The notes beneath the pieces were generated by a model. It was not told the origin of the DNA. It saw only the letters and a program-made list of their open reading frames with translations, and did no database searches. A stretch of 64,000 nucleotides of DNA from Mobula hypostoma (Eukaryota), in contig NC_086128.1 of the NCBI RefSeq assembly GCF_963921235.1, forward strand, positions 15,562,001 through 15,626,000. The letters run 5' to 3'. Below, one piece after another: positions 11,894-24,151 of this stretch; position 1 is the stretch's first letter; every line of letters begins with the position of its first letter. Position numbers and translations under genes: made by a program.

Positions 11894-12598
11894 TGTAAGG
11901 GGTTTCTTCTTTTATGTCTTCTTTTATGGCTTCTTTGTTATGTTATAATTAAAATGGCTTCTTTGTTATGTTAAATGCTGAGAAAGTTCTCTCGCTCACA
12001 GCTTGTTTGGGTTATCATGTTGATAAGAGAACAAATGAACCAGTGGGCATCCACGTTATTCTTTCTAGTGTGTCTGTAAGTTATTATGATGCGTGGGTTT
12101 TTGGGGAGAAGGCGCGATGGACACAGAGAGGATGGACAATCTGCTGTGAGCTGGCTAACGGGGTCGGACCCGAGCAGGAGTCCAAGGTCGGGGGTCTTCG
12201 GTGAGGAGAGGAGACGGCGACAGACTCGTGTGGAGCGTCTGGTCGACCACCGTGGTTGGTCCCAGGCGGCACGTCGGAGTGGTCAGAGGGGAACGAATGG
12301 TGAAGAGAGGATCGTTACTAGAGCTCCAACTGTTTGTGCATGAAGAGATTGAACTTTGATAAGTGTGGCGCCTTTTATTTCCTTTTTATATTTTATGTCT
12401 ATTCATTATATAGTTCCAGTAATCTCTATAAACTGTCATTCATTTTATCATATATGGTGTATTGTCTGTTATTTGGCGGGGTGGGGTACATCACACAGCA
12501 TCCACGAAAACTTAATTACCCAGTTTGGCGGGGCCGAGGGCTGTTTCCCGAGATGACAGAAAGTTGAGCGACCCTAAGGCTTGCCAGGGGGGCTTACA
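11894..12598. mobile_element. Solo LTR (probably Gypsy)
   Basis: Ends TGTAAG...CTTACA, 705 bp, flanked by TATA/TACA (4-bp TSD with 1 mismatch), no internal coding sequence. Confidence 0.72.
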
Positions 12599-13906
12599 TA
12601 CAGAATCTGTGCAAATTGGTGAGGGTCATCAGGGACATGCTGAGGTTCCTTAGAATTCTGAGGAAGTAGAGGCACTAATGTGCTTTCTTGGCTGTATCAT
12701 CCACGTAGCTGAGCCAAGACAAATTGTCGGTGATAAGAACACCTGGTCATTTGAAACTCCCAACCATCTCCACTACAGCACCATTGATAGACATGGGTGT
12801 GTTCTCCACCCCACTTCTTGAAGTCATTGAAAGATCAAACACATTATTGGGATGTGACTGCAGCATTATCAAAGGTTCCAGTGCCCTAAATTTAGTAAAG
12901 TACACAGAGTGGAAGTTGCATACGATTGCTTTTAACTGGAGTAGCTATTGCACATCTAACTCTGCTCCAGCTTGCACATTTGGTGCCTCTCTGAGTCATA
13001 CCTCAGCCATATTTATAAACTCGATTCTGGCCAGGTGCTTAATCATACCCCATTCACCCATTTACCTCCCGGCCATTTTCTGACTGCACGTTGCAGGACC
13101 ATGTTCATATCGATGTTTCCTGCCCACATCCAGCTGCATACATGGCCCAGTTCCCAGCTTTGTCCTTGGGCGTGAAGGAGGGAGTCAATATCCCTGCTGT
13201 CATTAATGTAAGGTTCTGTTCTCAGCAATTTGCTGAGGATCGATGGCTAAGCCAGAAGTAGGTGAGCTTGGCAAGTTAGTAGTTGCCATCTTGAGCATGG
13301 TTAAAGCTATATATGCAGCTGATCGTCCCCCACCATCAGCTTCTCTGTGATCTTCTCTGCCAATAATTCACTAATGGCAGTGTAAGTGGCTTTTTGAGGG
13401 CAAACAGATCATCTGTTGGAATCTCACCATGGATTATGCAACTTGACAGCAAGAGATGAAATACTGCAGATCATGAAGTAACGTGCATAATCCTGAGCAC
13501 AAATAAAGCTGATGCCTTGAGAAAACCAGGATAGTGATTCTAGGGCCTTGTACCAAAATCTCCAACTACACACTACTGATTTCCCAACAATATCCTAAGC
13601 CTGGTTTCATCTTCTGAATTAAGCATAGAAAATAAAGTGCCACTGCTATCTAAATGTCAACAACAATACTTTCATTATTGAGATTGGCAAAATACATACA
13701 ATAAATGTGTACAAATTCCATGTGTTTGCTAGGTGAAAATGTATTGTCAACCTTGAACCTGATTTGTCAACCTGTATTGCACTTGCTCTGTAATATTCAT
13801 GTCACGGTCCCGGCCGTCCCTTCTATTTATTCCTGATGTTCTCCAAATTCCCTTTTCCCGCGTGTTTCTCCAGCTCCCCGTCTGTGTGTGTGTGTTTGTG
13901 TGTGTG

Positions 13907-14970
13907 CAACACACATCAAAGTTGCTGGTGAACGCAGCAGGCCAGGCAGCATCTCTAGGAAGGGGTGCAGTCGACATTTCAGGCCGAGACCCTTCGTCAG
14001 GACTAACTGAAGGAAGAGTTAGTAAGAGATTTGAAAGTGGGAGGGGGAGGGATGGAGCCAAGAGCTGCACAGTTGATTGGCAAAATGGATATGAGAGGAT
14101 CATGGGACAGGAGGTCCGGGGAGAAAGACAAGGGGTGGGGGAAACCAGAGGATGGGCAAGGAGTATAGTGAGAGGGACAGAGGGAGAAAAAGGAGCATGC
14201 GAGAAAGAATGTGCGTATAAAAATAAATAACAGATGGGGTACGAGGGGGAGTTGGGGCATTAGCGGAAGTTAGAGAAGTCGATGTTCATGCCATCAGGTT
14301 GGAGGCTGCCCAGACGGAATGTAAGGTGTTGTTCCTCCAACCTGAGTGTGGCTTCATCTTTACAGTAGAGGAGGCCGTGGATAGACATGTCAGAATGGGA
14401 ATGGGATGTGGAATTAAAATGTGTGGCCACTGGGAGATCCTGCTTTCTCTGGCAGACAGAGCGTAGGTGTTCAGCAAAGCGGTGTCCCAGTCTGCGTCGG
14501 GTCTGGCCAATATATAGAAGGCCACATCGGGAGCACTGGATGCAGTATATCACCCCAGCCGACTCACAGGTGAAGTGTCACCTCACCTGAAAGGACTGTC
14601 TGTGGCCCTGAATGGTGGTAAGGGAGGAAGTGTAAGGACACGTGTAGCACCTGTTCCGCTTACAAGGATAAGTGCCAGGAGGGAGATCAGTGGGGAAGGA
14701 TGGGGGGGACGAATGGACAAGGGAGTCACGAAGGGAGCGATCTCTGCAGAAAGCAGAGAGGCCGGGGAGGGAAAGATGTGCTTAGTGGTGGGATCCTGTT
14801 CGAGTTGGCGGAAGTTACGGAGAATAATATGTTGGACCTGGAGGCTGGCGGGGTGGTAGGTGAGGACCAGGGGAACGCTATTCCTAGTGGGGTAGCGGGA
14901 GGATGGAGTAAGAGCAGATGTACGTGAAATGGGGGAGATGCGTTTGAGAGCAGAGTTGATAGTGGAGGAA
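13907..14970 (-). mobile_element. Penelope-like element, 3' part (GIY-YIG endonuclease and pLTR)
   Basis: IYCIQCSRCGLLYIGQTRRRLGHRFAEHLRSV...[23 protein letters not shown]. Confidence 0.93.
13969..14004 (-). ncRNA. Minimal type I hammerhead ribozyme motif (Penelope)
   Basis: Minus strand reads AGUC-CUGACGA-AGGGUCUCGGCCU-GAAAU-GUC-GACU. Confidence 0.7.
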
Positions 14971-14998
14971 ATAAGTAAATGTTCTTGGCGTTTGTGTA

Positions 14999-15002
<4 letters not shown>

Positions 15003-15030
<28 letters not shown>
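15003..15030. repeat. (TG)n microsatellite
   Basis: Read directly from the sequence. Confidence 0.9.
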
Positions 15031-15464
15031 AGATTGTGTGTCGGCACGGTGGGCGTGGCGTTCCTTTTGTTCTCCCGGGCTTCCTGATTGCGGCGTACCT
15101 GAATCTCATCTAACCTGCAGAATAAGTACCCCGGCTTTCCATCCACTCATCGCCAGATCGTTGCTTCAGCCAGTGTGCTAGTTCACGTCCTAGGCCGCTT
15201 CCAATTGTGTATTCTAGATTTTCTTTCCACGCTGTTGTCTGCCGGTGTCAACTCTGTCTCTCTGTGTCAGTGCCTTGAATTTGGGTTCACCCGTTCGCCT
15301 CAACAATTCTGTATTCCTTTTGTACTACCTCGAAATTATTACGTTTGGATACCCTGTCTGGATGGCGTGCAAAGCAAAAGCATTTCTCTATATCTTCTCA
15401 GTACATGTGACAATATCAAACCAATAACTTGCACGTGTACTACCATCAGCTCATATTGGAAGCT

Positions 15465-15632
15465 ACTGAGCCAATAGGCTGGTCCTGGACTTATTTCATA
15501 ATTTACTGGCATAATTTACATATTACTATTTAAATATTTATGGTTCTATTACTATTTATTATTTATGGTCCAACTGTAACAAAAACCAATTTCCCCTGCG
15601 ATCAATAAAGTATGACTATGCCTATGACTATT
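15465..15632 (+). mobile_element. Rex1/Babar 3' UTR fragment with (tatgac)n tail
   Basis: Homologous to 38888-39047, 41228-41418 and 26383-26560 (minus). Confidence 0.7.
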
Positions 15633-17939
15633 ATTAGCTTCCAAATGAGACCAAATTGGAGAGGACCTGCTGCATTGTGCATCTGAAGAGAATTTGACGC
15701 CAAGCAGCTCAGCATGGTTGGAGAAAACACAGACACCCAGACATTGTCTTTACTTCCCACAAAGAAAGTGGCATTGTGATCGCACAAAAAGAAAATCACA
15801 CTTTCGGAATTCTCCAAGATCTGTTGTTAGATCTATTGGACATCAGGTGCCCTTGATCAAATCCAAGCAGAAATGTCATTGGAGGCATATTAGACAGTTT
15901 TGCAACACATATAGAGGCAAATATGAAGCATGTTCAACTTGTGACCTCAGTCAACTGCTTCGCCAAATCGGTAATTAAAGCACAGGGAAAGCTTGTGAGG
16001 GAAGATATATGCTACATTAGCCAATTGGCATAGCTTTTCCAAATTGTAGCAAGAGGGTAATAAAAGGCAACAATTCTGATGGACACAGAGAGACAAAGAC
16101 AATAACATATAATAGGCAAGAATTGTGAACATCTTTGTGCGGTATCATGAATAATGCACTAACCTGGAAGACCTCTGTCCTGGTAGAAAACTCCAAACAT
16201 TTCTTTGGAACCCGAGATACTTTGTAAACATGGGTTGCAATGTTTTTTACAGTTTCAAATATATTTATACAAACAATGTTGATTAACAACTTAAAAAAAA
16301 TGTATTGACCTTCTAGGGTATGTGCTTTCTGTTTAGAAATCTTTATATCTCCTTGATGTGTCAATCATGGTGCATAATAACAAATTGCACCATTTCAAGT
16401 TCAAGTTAATGGAATTCACACAGCCATCTCCATTTATGAAATGTTGCTTGAAAAAATGCTTTTCAGGGTCAAATCCCTTTCATTAGACAATCACTACCTA
16501 TATTCTGACACATAAATTGATGCGATTAAGCATTAACACTGATCAGTCGTATTGGAGTATTTCAGCATAAATTTACAGCAAATGAAGCATTTGTAGTGTT
16601 GCACCCGTCAGGAGAAACAATTTTTTTTCTGTAGTTAGCAATTTTCATCACACGCAGCTGAGTTCTTGCACCAACGAGTGGGTTCCTCTGAAACCCAGGT
16701 TTCAGACCGACCTGAATGAGGACATGAAGTCCAGGAGGTTTCTCACATTCTTTCCGACCCCTGTGCCACAAAACCATCAAGTACGGTAAATATATGATGG
16801 TATTGCATCAGTTAACAAGATAATCCTTTTGAGACAGCAGAAAATAATGTTTGCTGAAAATTCTATACATCTAAGAGAATTACCGCATAATGGTCTTTGG
16901 GCCCTTAGCATTTCTCCGGAATAATGATGCAACCAGTTACTCTCTGTCAACGTGAGAAAATCTGCAGATGCTGGAAATCCTGAAGAAGGGTTTCAGCTTG
17001 AAATATCAACTGTTTACTCCTTTCCGCAGATGCTGCCTGCTGAGTTCCTCCAGCATTTTGTGTGTGCAGTCCTCTGTCAACACTGTTCCTCTGCCTGGCA
17101 GAGCATGTCCTTACCCTTAATAACTTCTCTTTTGATTCCTCCCACTTTCCACAAGCAAAGGTGTAGTCAAGGGCACACTCATAGGCCCCAGCTAAGGCTA
17201 CATGCACCAGTCCTTACTCCAAAGCTACTCTGGCCTTTCAGCCTACACGAGCATAGAGGTTTCACCTAGCAGGACCGCAGTCATTTTAATTGTGCTGCTT
17301 CCCTTCATTAAAATGACAACTTTGCTTACTTTAGTGAATATTTGTATTTTTTTTCATTCATTTACAGAAAGTGAACATCCTACAGGAAATAAATATATTT
17401 TCAGAACAGCATTTATTCTTTTGAATTATTTAGATGCCTAACTACCACCAATATCTGAAAGTTTTAAGGGCCCTTGGAAACATCAGTAGCCAAAACGCCA
17501 TCAGGGTGGTTCTCTGGCAGGGCCTTTGTTTCCACTGTCTACATCCTGTGGCCTGCTCCATCTTACGTAACAGCTACAAAAGGGAGACTGCCAGGACTAG
17601 TGAGCTGCGTGGTACGTAGACACTGCGCAAGAGATGAATGTGAAGTGCAGACCAGCTCCAGCATCCACTGACTCGGTCAAACATATGGGATGGGAAGAGG
17701 ATGAGAAAGTGGAGCTGAGGCCAAGATCAGGCAGCCATGATACTGTAGAATTGTGACCCTGTAGTGACAGAGACTGGGAGGAGACATGTGGACATGACAG
17801 AGGGTTGCAGATGGTGGGATCTGATAGGAGATGAAGGTGAAACATGGAACCGAATAAGGGAGGTGGGGAGGGCAGTATGGTGGAAGTTCCAGGTGTCAGG
17901 GAGCATGAAATGTGTGAAGTTTTGAGGAAGTAGAGAGGC

Positions 17940-18802
17940 TACAGAAGGACAGACAGATTAGGAGAATAGACAAAGAAATGGCAGATGGAACACAGTTTGG
18001 GGAAGTGTATGGTCATGCACTTTGGCAGGAAAAAATGAAAGGGTTGACTATTTTCTAAATGGGGAGAAAATAGAAAAAACTGAGATGCAAAGGGACTTGG
18101 GAGTCCTTGTGCAGGATTCCCTGAGGGGTAACTGGCAGGCTGAGTCTGTGGTGAGGAAGGCAAATGCAATGTTGGCATTCATTTCAAGAGGACGAGATTA
18201 TAAAAGCAAGGTTGTAATATTGAGACCTTATAAAGCACTGGTGATGCCTCACTTGGAATATTGCGAGCAGTTTTGGGCCCCTTATCTTAGAAAGGAAGTG
18301 CGGAAACTTGAGAGGATGCAAAGATCGCTCACACAAAAGATTTCAGGATTAAACGCTTGTCATATGAAGAATGTTTGATGGCCTGGGCCTGTATTCACTG
18401 GAATTCAGAAGAACGAGGAGTCACCTCATTGAAACCTATCAAATGGCGAAAGACCTTGATAGAGTGGACGTGGAGAGTATGTTTCCTATGATGGGAGAGT
18501 CTAAGACCAGAGGACACAGCCTCAGAATAGAGGGGTGTCCTTTTAGAATGGAGGTGAGGAGGAATTTCTTTAACTAGAGTGGTGTATCTGTGGAATTCTT
18601 TCCCACAGACAGCTGTAGAGGCCAAGAGTTTACGTATATTTAAGGCAGAGGTTGATAGATTCTTGATTGGTCAGAGCATGAAGGGATTTGGGGGCAGATG
18701 GGCAGGAGACTGGGGCTGAGAGGAAAATTGGATCAGCCATGATGACATGGCGGAGCAGACTCGATGGGCCAAATTCCCTAATTCTGCTGCTATATCTTAT
18801 GG
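17940..18802 (+). mobile_element. CR1 LINE fragment (duplicate of 598-1460)
   Basis: Identical translation. Confidence 0.88.
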
Positions 18803-19292
18803 TTTTAAACTACCCATAGGGAATATGAGGTGCTGTTCCTCTAGCATGATCCTAGCAATTCAGGAGTCCAGGGCAGTCAGGTCGGTATGGGAATTCGGAG
18901 GGCAAGTAAAATGACCGGGAACCGGGAGCTGCTTCCAAAATGTCCCAGCATGCCTTGCAATGCTGGAGATACTCTGAATCTACCACCTACCTGTACAATG
19001 TATCTCAACCACCGTGGGTCAGGTGGGTTGGGCAGTCAAACTGACACTTAATGGTCGTTTCTCCGCTCTTGATCGGCGTTGCTTGAGCAACTGGAGGGAG
19101 CTCTTCTTGTTTCCCGGACTCGCTCATTCTTGCTGACGCCAGTTTGGCCCGAGGCACCGAGAGCGGTTACCGTGCACAAGCGGACAGGTTGGAACCCATG
19201 GGAGAGGGTGTGCCGAGCTCCTCCTCTATCTCGATGTCACCATGCCCATTTCTGTCAGCTGACACCCCGACCAAGCCCAGATCCGCACTGCT

Positions 19293-19299
19293 CATAAAA
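19293..19299 (+). promoter_or_regulatory. TATA-like box (CATAAAA) of gene B
   Basis: Identical copy of 1951-1957. Confidence 0.6.
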
Positions 19300-19394
19300 G
19301 CAGCTCAAAGCCGCTCTCACCTGCGCCAGCAGTTCAGATCGGGACTGATCGCTCCAGCAAACTCGTAACCAGAGAACAAAACTCTAATTTCACC

Positions 19395-22300
19395 ATGAGC
19401 GTCCCTTACACCCAAAGGTCCTTTAGACAGACCACGCAGCTTTCAGGCGGCCCATCGATGCGGTCTAGTGTTGCCGGCTCCGTGGGGTCGTCGCGAAGAA
19501 TTAGTAGCAGAAAGGCGATGAGTGTGTCTGGAGCTGGAATTGGAACAGGTATCGGAGGGTCAAGACGTATGCTTTCTGGCTCATCGATCAAGCTTAGTTC
19601 AGGCTACAATTCAGGTTACGGTTCAGGTTACGGTTCAGGTTTAAGGTCAAATTTCAGTTCTAGTTCGATGATGCCGGCCCTTGATCTAAGCGCCCCACTA
19701 CCACAAAATGACACCAGTCTGCAACAAGTTCGTATGCAGGAAACGAGGGAGCTGACTACGCTCAACAACCAGTTCGCAAGTTTCATAAACCAGGTACCGT
19801 ACCGTATCCAGCTCTGTCTGTAACCCGCTGCTGCGCCTGTCTTGGCAGCATTGTGCAAATGTCTCTTTTCACTTCCTCGCCAGCTCAATGCAAAAATCTA
19901 AGCGTGTGTTCATTCCTCACCCGCAGGTTCGCCTTCTCGAACAGCAAAATGCTCAGCTGAAGGTCAAACTGGAGCTTCTGAAGAGGCAGGGGACCTACAC
20001 CTCCAACATCGATAACATGTTCCAAACTTACATTGACAACCTCAAGAGGCAACTGGAAACTCTTGGGCAGGAGAAGCTGAAGTTCGAATCGGACCTTGTG
20101 CAGATGCAAGGTCTAGTTGAGGACTTTAAGGGCAAGTAAGTGTACTGTCTCCCACCAGGATTTCCCAACTCGTCCCGTATCTGTTCACTGGTTCAGAGAA
20201 AAAAAAAGAGCGGAATCGGGCAAATCGTGGGCGGGGTAAACGTTCGAACAATTCCCGGTTACAATCAGCTATTTTCCATTGGGTTTCTTTGTAACCTAAC
20301 AGCAGCTAGTGGAGGTCTGGAAGCTGGGTCGGGCAAGTGCCCGTCGGGGAGAGCTCCGTTAAGACTGAGGTCTGGATAGAGAGGTGTCACTCAGAGCTCA
20401 GGGAGTCACCGAAATAGCCGTCAGTTCAGGGACGGCAGCGTATGTTGTTTCATTCCGTCGAGGCGCGGCACGGTCGACCTGTCTGGCGTAGCGGGATGCT
20501 GTGTCTTGCGGAATCAAATGTCAGGAAGAGCGGTGCACACACGGGGATAAATAGAAGTGTGAGGAAATCATGGCTAAGCAGCAGGGAGCAGGGAGTTCCG
20601 ACAACCAGCATGGCCCTGTCGAAGAAATGGGACAGAAATGTTGATTTCCAAGGGATTGCCAGTAACGTCAGTGGTTCATTTCAGATACGAAGATGAAATT
20701 AACAAGAGAACTGAAATGGAAAACGAGTTTGTCATGGTGAAGAAGGTGAGCACTATTTTCTAGCTCTCTGCAGGACCATATCAGTGGTCTTCAATAGATT
20801 TACAAACCTTGTGCCCTACTCTCTCCAGGATGTTGATGAATCCTACATGAACAAGGTGGAATTGGAAGCAAAACTAGAAAGCCTGACTGATGAAATTGAA
20901 TTCCTGAAGACAATCTTCCAAGAGGTAAATATGCTACATGGTGCAAGAGCCTTCTGGTCCTTTTGCTGTTCAATTCCATCTCCTTACACTAGTTTTGCTC
21001 TGCCCATCTTTAGGAAATCCGTGAGCTGGAGTCACAGATTCAGAACACTGCTGTCAGCGTGCAGGTGGACACTAGCCGCAACCTGAACATAGACCAGATC
21101 ATCAGTGAAGTCAAGGCCCAATACCAAAGTATGGCAGATAAATGCCGTGATGATGCCGAGAACTGGAAAAAGGCGAAGGTGAGCTCCAGCTCCAGCCCCA
21201 CGTAGAAGTGCATTGATAGCTCTGACCTCTGTGCTGGGAGGAGAAACCCTTACTGACGTCTACCAGTGTCTCCTTGCAGATGGTGGAACTCAGCACAATG
21301 CCTGGAGGTCATGCGGAAGAAGTGCGAGTGATCAAATCGGAGTGTAATGATCTGCAGAATCGCATCCGTAAGCTGACTGGGGACATCGAGTATCTGAAGC
21401 AGCAGGTAAGTCAGGAAGTGAAAGCAAACAAGAGATCTTGGTTGCGGCCTAACGACGGTAGCAAAATGTCTTTCCTCTCAAGTCCCGAGTTCTAATGCAG
21501 CGACACGACCCAAATGGTCAATAATTCTTTTTGCCTTCACGGATGCTACTTCACCCGCTGATCTTCTGCAGTAGTTCTGCTATTTTCTTACTCCAGACTG
21601 CAGCATCTGCCGTCTCTTGCATCTGCACTTTTCTCTTCCCAGCCCAAAGCAAATGACCAAGAGACAGCTGAAACACAGGTCAATCTGAGCTAAATCATAC
21701 ACTGGGGAACTTTCAGTAGTAACAACCTGGCTGGTTCCTTCCACTGTAACCCTGGTGAACTCGATTACTCCTAAGCCAATCTGCAATACTCTACTCTCAG
21801 TATGGCTCTTTCCGATAGCAGGGTGGGGATGTTGGCAAGGCTTCATGTTATAATCTGCAAAAATGTCCACACTAACCTCTGTGTGACTCAGCGTTTGAAA
21901 CTGGAGGCTGCGATCGCTGAAGCAGAGGAACGTGGCGAGATGTCTCTCAAAGACAGTAAACAAAATATCGTTGATCTGCAAGAAGCCATCAGGAAAGCAA
22001 AACAGGAGATTGCCAAGCAAACTCGTGAAATCGACGAGCTGATAAATGTCAAGCTGGCTCTGGATATCGAAATTAACACCTACAGTAAACTACTGGCGCA
22101 AGAGGAAATCAGGTAGGGCTTTGGTCTTTTCCAAGTTGCAGATATCACACTGGGTTGATGCCACAGTCCTGCGTACTTGCAGATTACAATCTGTACAGGC
22201 TCTTTATTGCACTCTTCATTCCTAGAGTCTTTGTCTTTAATGGGGCATTTGGTCCAGGGAGCGGCACTTACTTTTGTTTAAAGGCTGGTTTTCATCTGAC

Positions 22301-23715
22301 CCCAGAAATACATCAGACTCACTCTCCGAATGAACATCTAGTCAGTGATTCAGTCACCACTAGGTGAACTCTCCCCTGATGCTGCAGTGGATGAAGCATT
22401 GTACAACATAAGCAGGCTGACGAATAGCTCCCTGCGCACACTGACGAGGCTACTGCTGTTCACCAGCAGCACTGGAACTTACAGAATCAGTGTCTCGGGC
22501 AAGGCTCGACAGAGTCAATGTGCCCATCAACTTCACCCATGCAGCTCATTGCTGCTTTCAGAAGGAAACCCTTGGTAACTTGAAAAAGATATATTTCTGA
22601 ACATCCTAGAAATGGCTGTTGTTACACAAGTGTTTCCTTTATCAACAGGATGGTAGAAGGCGTCAAAACCCTCAGCGTCCAACAAGTTTCACAGCAAGGT
22701 AAGAGAACGTATAATCCTTGCTTGAGATTTTAACTACTGACCAAAACACAAAACGCAAAATAAAAATGGCAATTTTTGGTTGGACTTTGATCACTCCTCA
22801 GTTGTAATGAGAAAAGAAAGGCTGGCATTTCACATTCTCACCTTTCCATTAGTTGTGAATACTGATTGATTGTTTTTCAATCTTGAACTCATTATGTTCT
22901 ATTTTTCAGAGGTTTCTGGTTCTGATCAGTATTTCCAGCATTGTCTGGCTTCTTTTATCAATTATTATTAAAACAGATAAAAATTCTGTACATACAGCAG
23001 TCTGAAATTTTAATTCAGCACCCTTGAAGGAAATATCACGTAAACCTTTGAATCTTAAAAATAAGCTGTATTTGTCACATATACATCAAAACAGAGAGAG
23101 AGATGCATCGTTTGTGTCAAATCACATCAGTAAGGATTGTGCTGAGGGCACAAGTTTTGCCATGGTTGTGGCGCCCACATGCCACGCCAACAACTTACTA
23201 ACTCCAACTGTAATGTGTTTGGAGTGTGGGAGAAACCCAGGATACCAGATGAAAAGCCATCAGCATCACAGAGAGAACGTACAAACTCCTTACAGCAATG
23301 GGAATTGAGCCCCGATCAGTGAGAGCTGGCACTGATTGCGCTAACTGCTAGACTACTGTGCTACCCTATTATTAAGGCAGTTATACTTAATGACAAGATC
23401 AACAACTGTTTAGCGATGGCTGAAGAAGCCATTTCTTCTCATACTGTTTTGGATAAGTTCTTTGCAGTTTTCAAAGTGCTGTTGCAAATGTATGAAGGAT
23501 ATTGAATAATTTTCATGAAAGAATCATAAGTGTTAAATTTGAATATTTAAAATATAGGTAACTATGGCAACTCCGCTTATCAGAGTGGTCTGGGTGCAAT
23601 GGAAACGTCTCGCATCGCAGGACAACGAACAGAATCCTCTAAGAACATACTGGTGAAAACAGTGGAGCAGTTGGATGGTGTTACAGTTTCATCAACAATA
23701 AGTGCTTTGCAATAA
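19395..23715 (+). CDS. Type II keratin (K8-like), gene B; 9 exons, 494 aa
   Basis: Exons 19395-19793, 19927-20135, 20685-20745, 20829-20924, 21014-21178, 21280-21405, 21892-22112, 22649-22698, 23558-23715. Exons 1-8 match gene A apart from a 12-nt insertion in the head; exon 9 is its own. Confidence 0.9.
23045..23363 (-). mobile_element. Degenerate V-SINE in gene B intron 8
   Basis: Head and V-domain align with 9960-10132; the 3' tail differs. Confidence 0.6.
23558..23715 (+). CDS. Gene B terminal exon 9 (tail [15 protein letters not shown]...[24 protein letters not shown])
   Basis: TAG acceptor at 23555-23557 with a weak pyrimidine tract and correct phase. [11 protein letters not shown] resembles the K8 C-terminal VVVKKIETRDG motif. 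AATAAA at 24146. Not in the ORF track. Confidence 0.82.
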
Positions 23716-24145
23716 TGAATTATGAGTCTTGAGCAACTAAACCATTTTATTTCCTTCTCTTGTTCATTTGCCATCTTTATTTGAGAGTTCAGTTCTGTTA
23801 ATTCTAGCTTTGCAAATTTAGAGAATTGTTCATTTTTTAAATGCTGGCACTGTAAAATCCCTTGCATATGTCTTGAGATCTCTGTTAGGGAGTGACTGGT
23901 CCAATATGCTGATATTCTTCATTATTGATCAATCTATTAGATAAACACAGGCTATACAAACCAATAGATTCACATGAATTGTGCAATGTAATTTCAGTAA
24001 CAATATATTGGATGAAATTTTGAATAGCTAAGAAGCGGTATATTATAGTGTTAAGATGTGAATGATTTAGTAAATGCTTGACTTGCTGTCACTTTGGTTC
24101 TGAGAGATTGACAACAAGATGCAAATGTGTAGAGGTAGGTTTCAG

Positions 24146-24151
24146 AATAAA
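24146..24151 (+). terminator. Poly(A) signal of gene B
   Basis: AATAAA about 430 nt after the stop codon, with GT/T-rich sequence downstream. Confidence 0.55.

Larger units (their letters stand above)
13800..15305 (+). mobile_element. Solo LTR interrupted by a Penelope copy
   Basis: TGTCACGG...TTTGGGTTC...CAACA, flanks ATTCA/ATTCT. It splits a Rex1-type 3' tail (about 13750-13799 and 15306-15425). Confidence 0.62.
17343..22761 (+). repeat. Near-identical duplicated block, copy 2
   Basis: Differences seen: T4/A17346, A135/G17477 and a 12-bp insertion at about 19623-19634. Confidence 0.97.

Noticed and set aside
12830-13460. Possible coding or TE remnant
   Set aside because: No recognisable protein motif or splice context.
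19395-22698. Gene B as a 3'-truncated pseudogene
   Set aside because: An in-phase exon 9 with a K8-like terminal motif and a poly(A) signal exists at 23558-24151.
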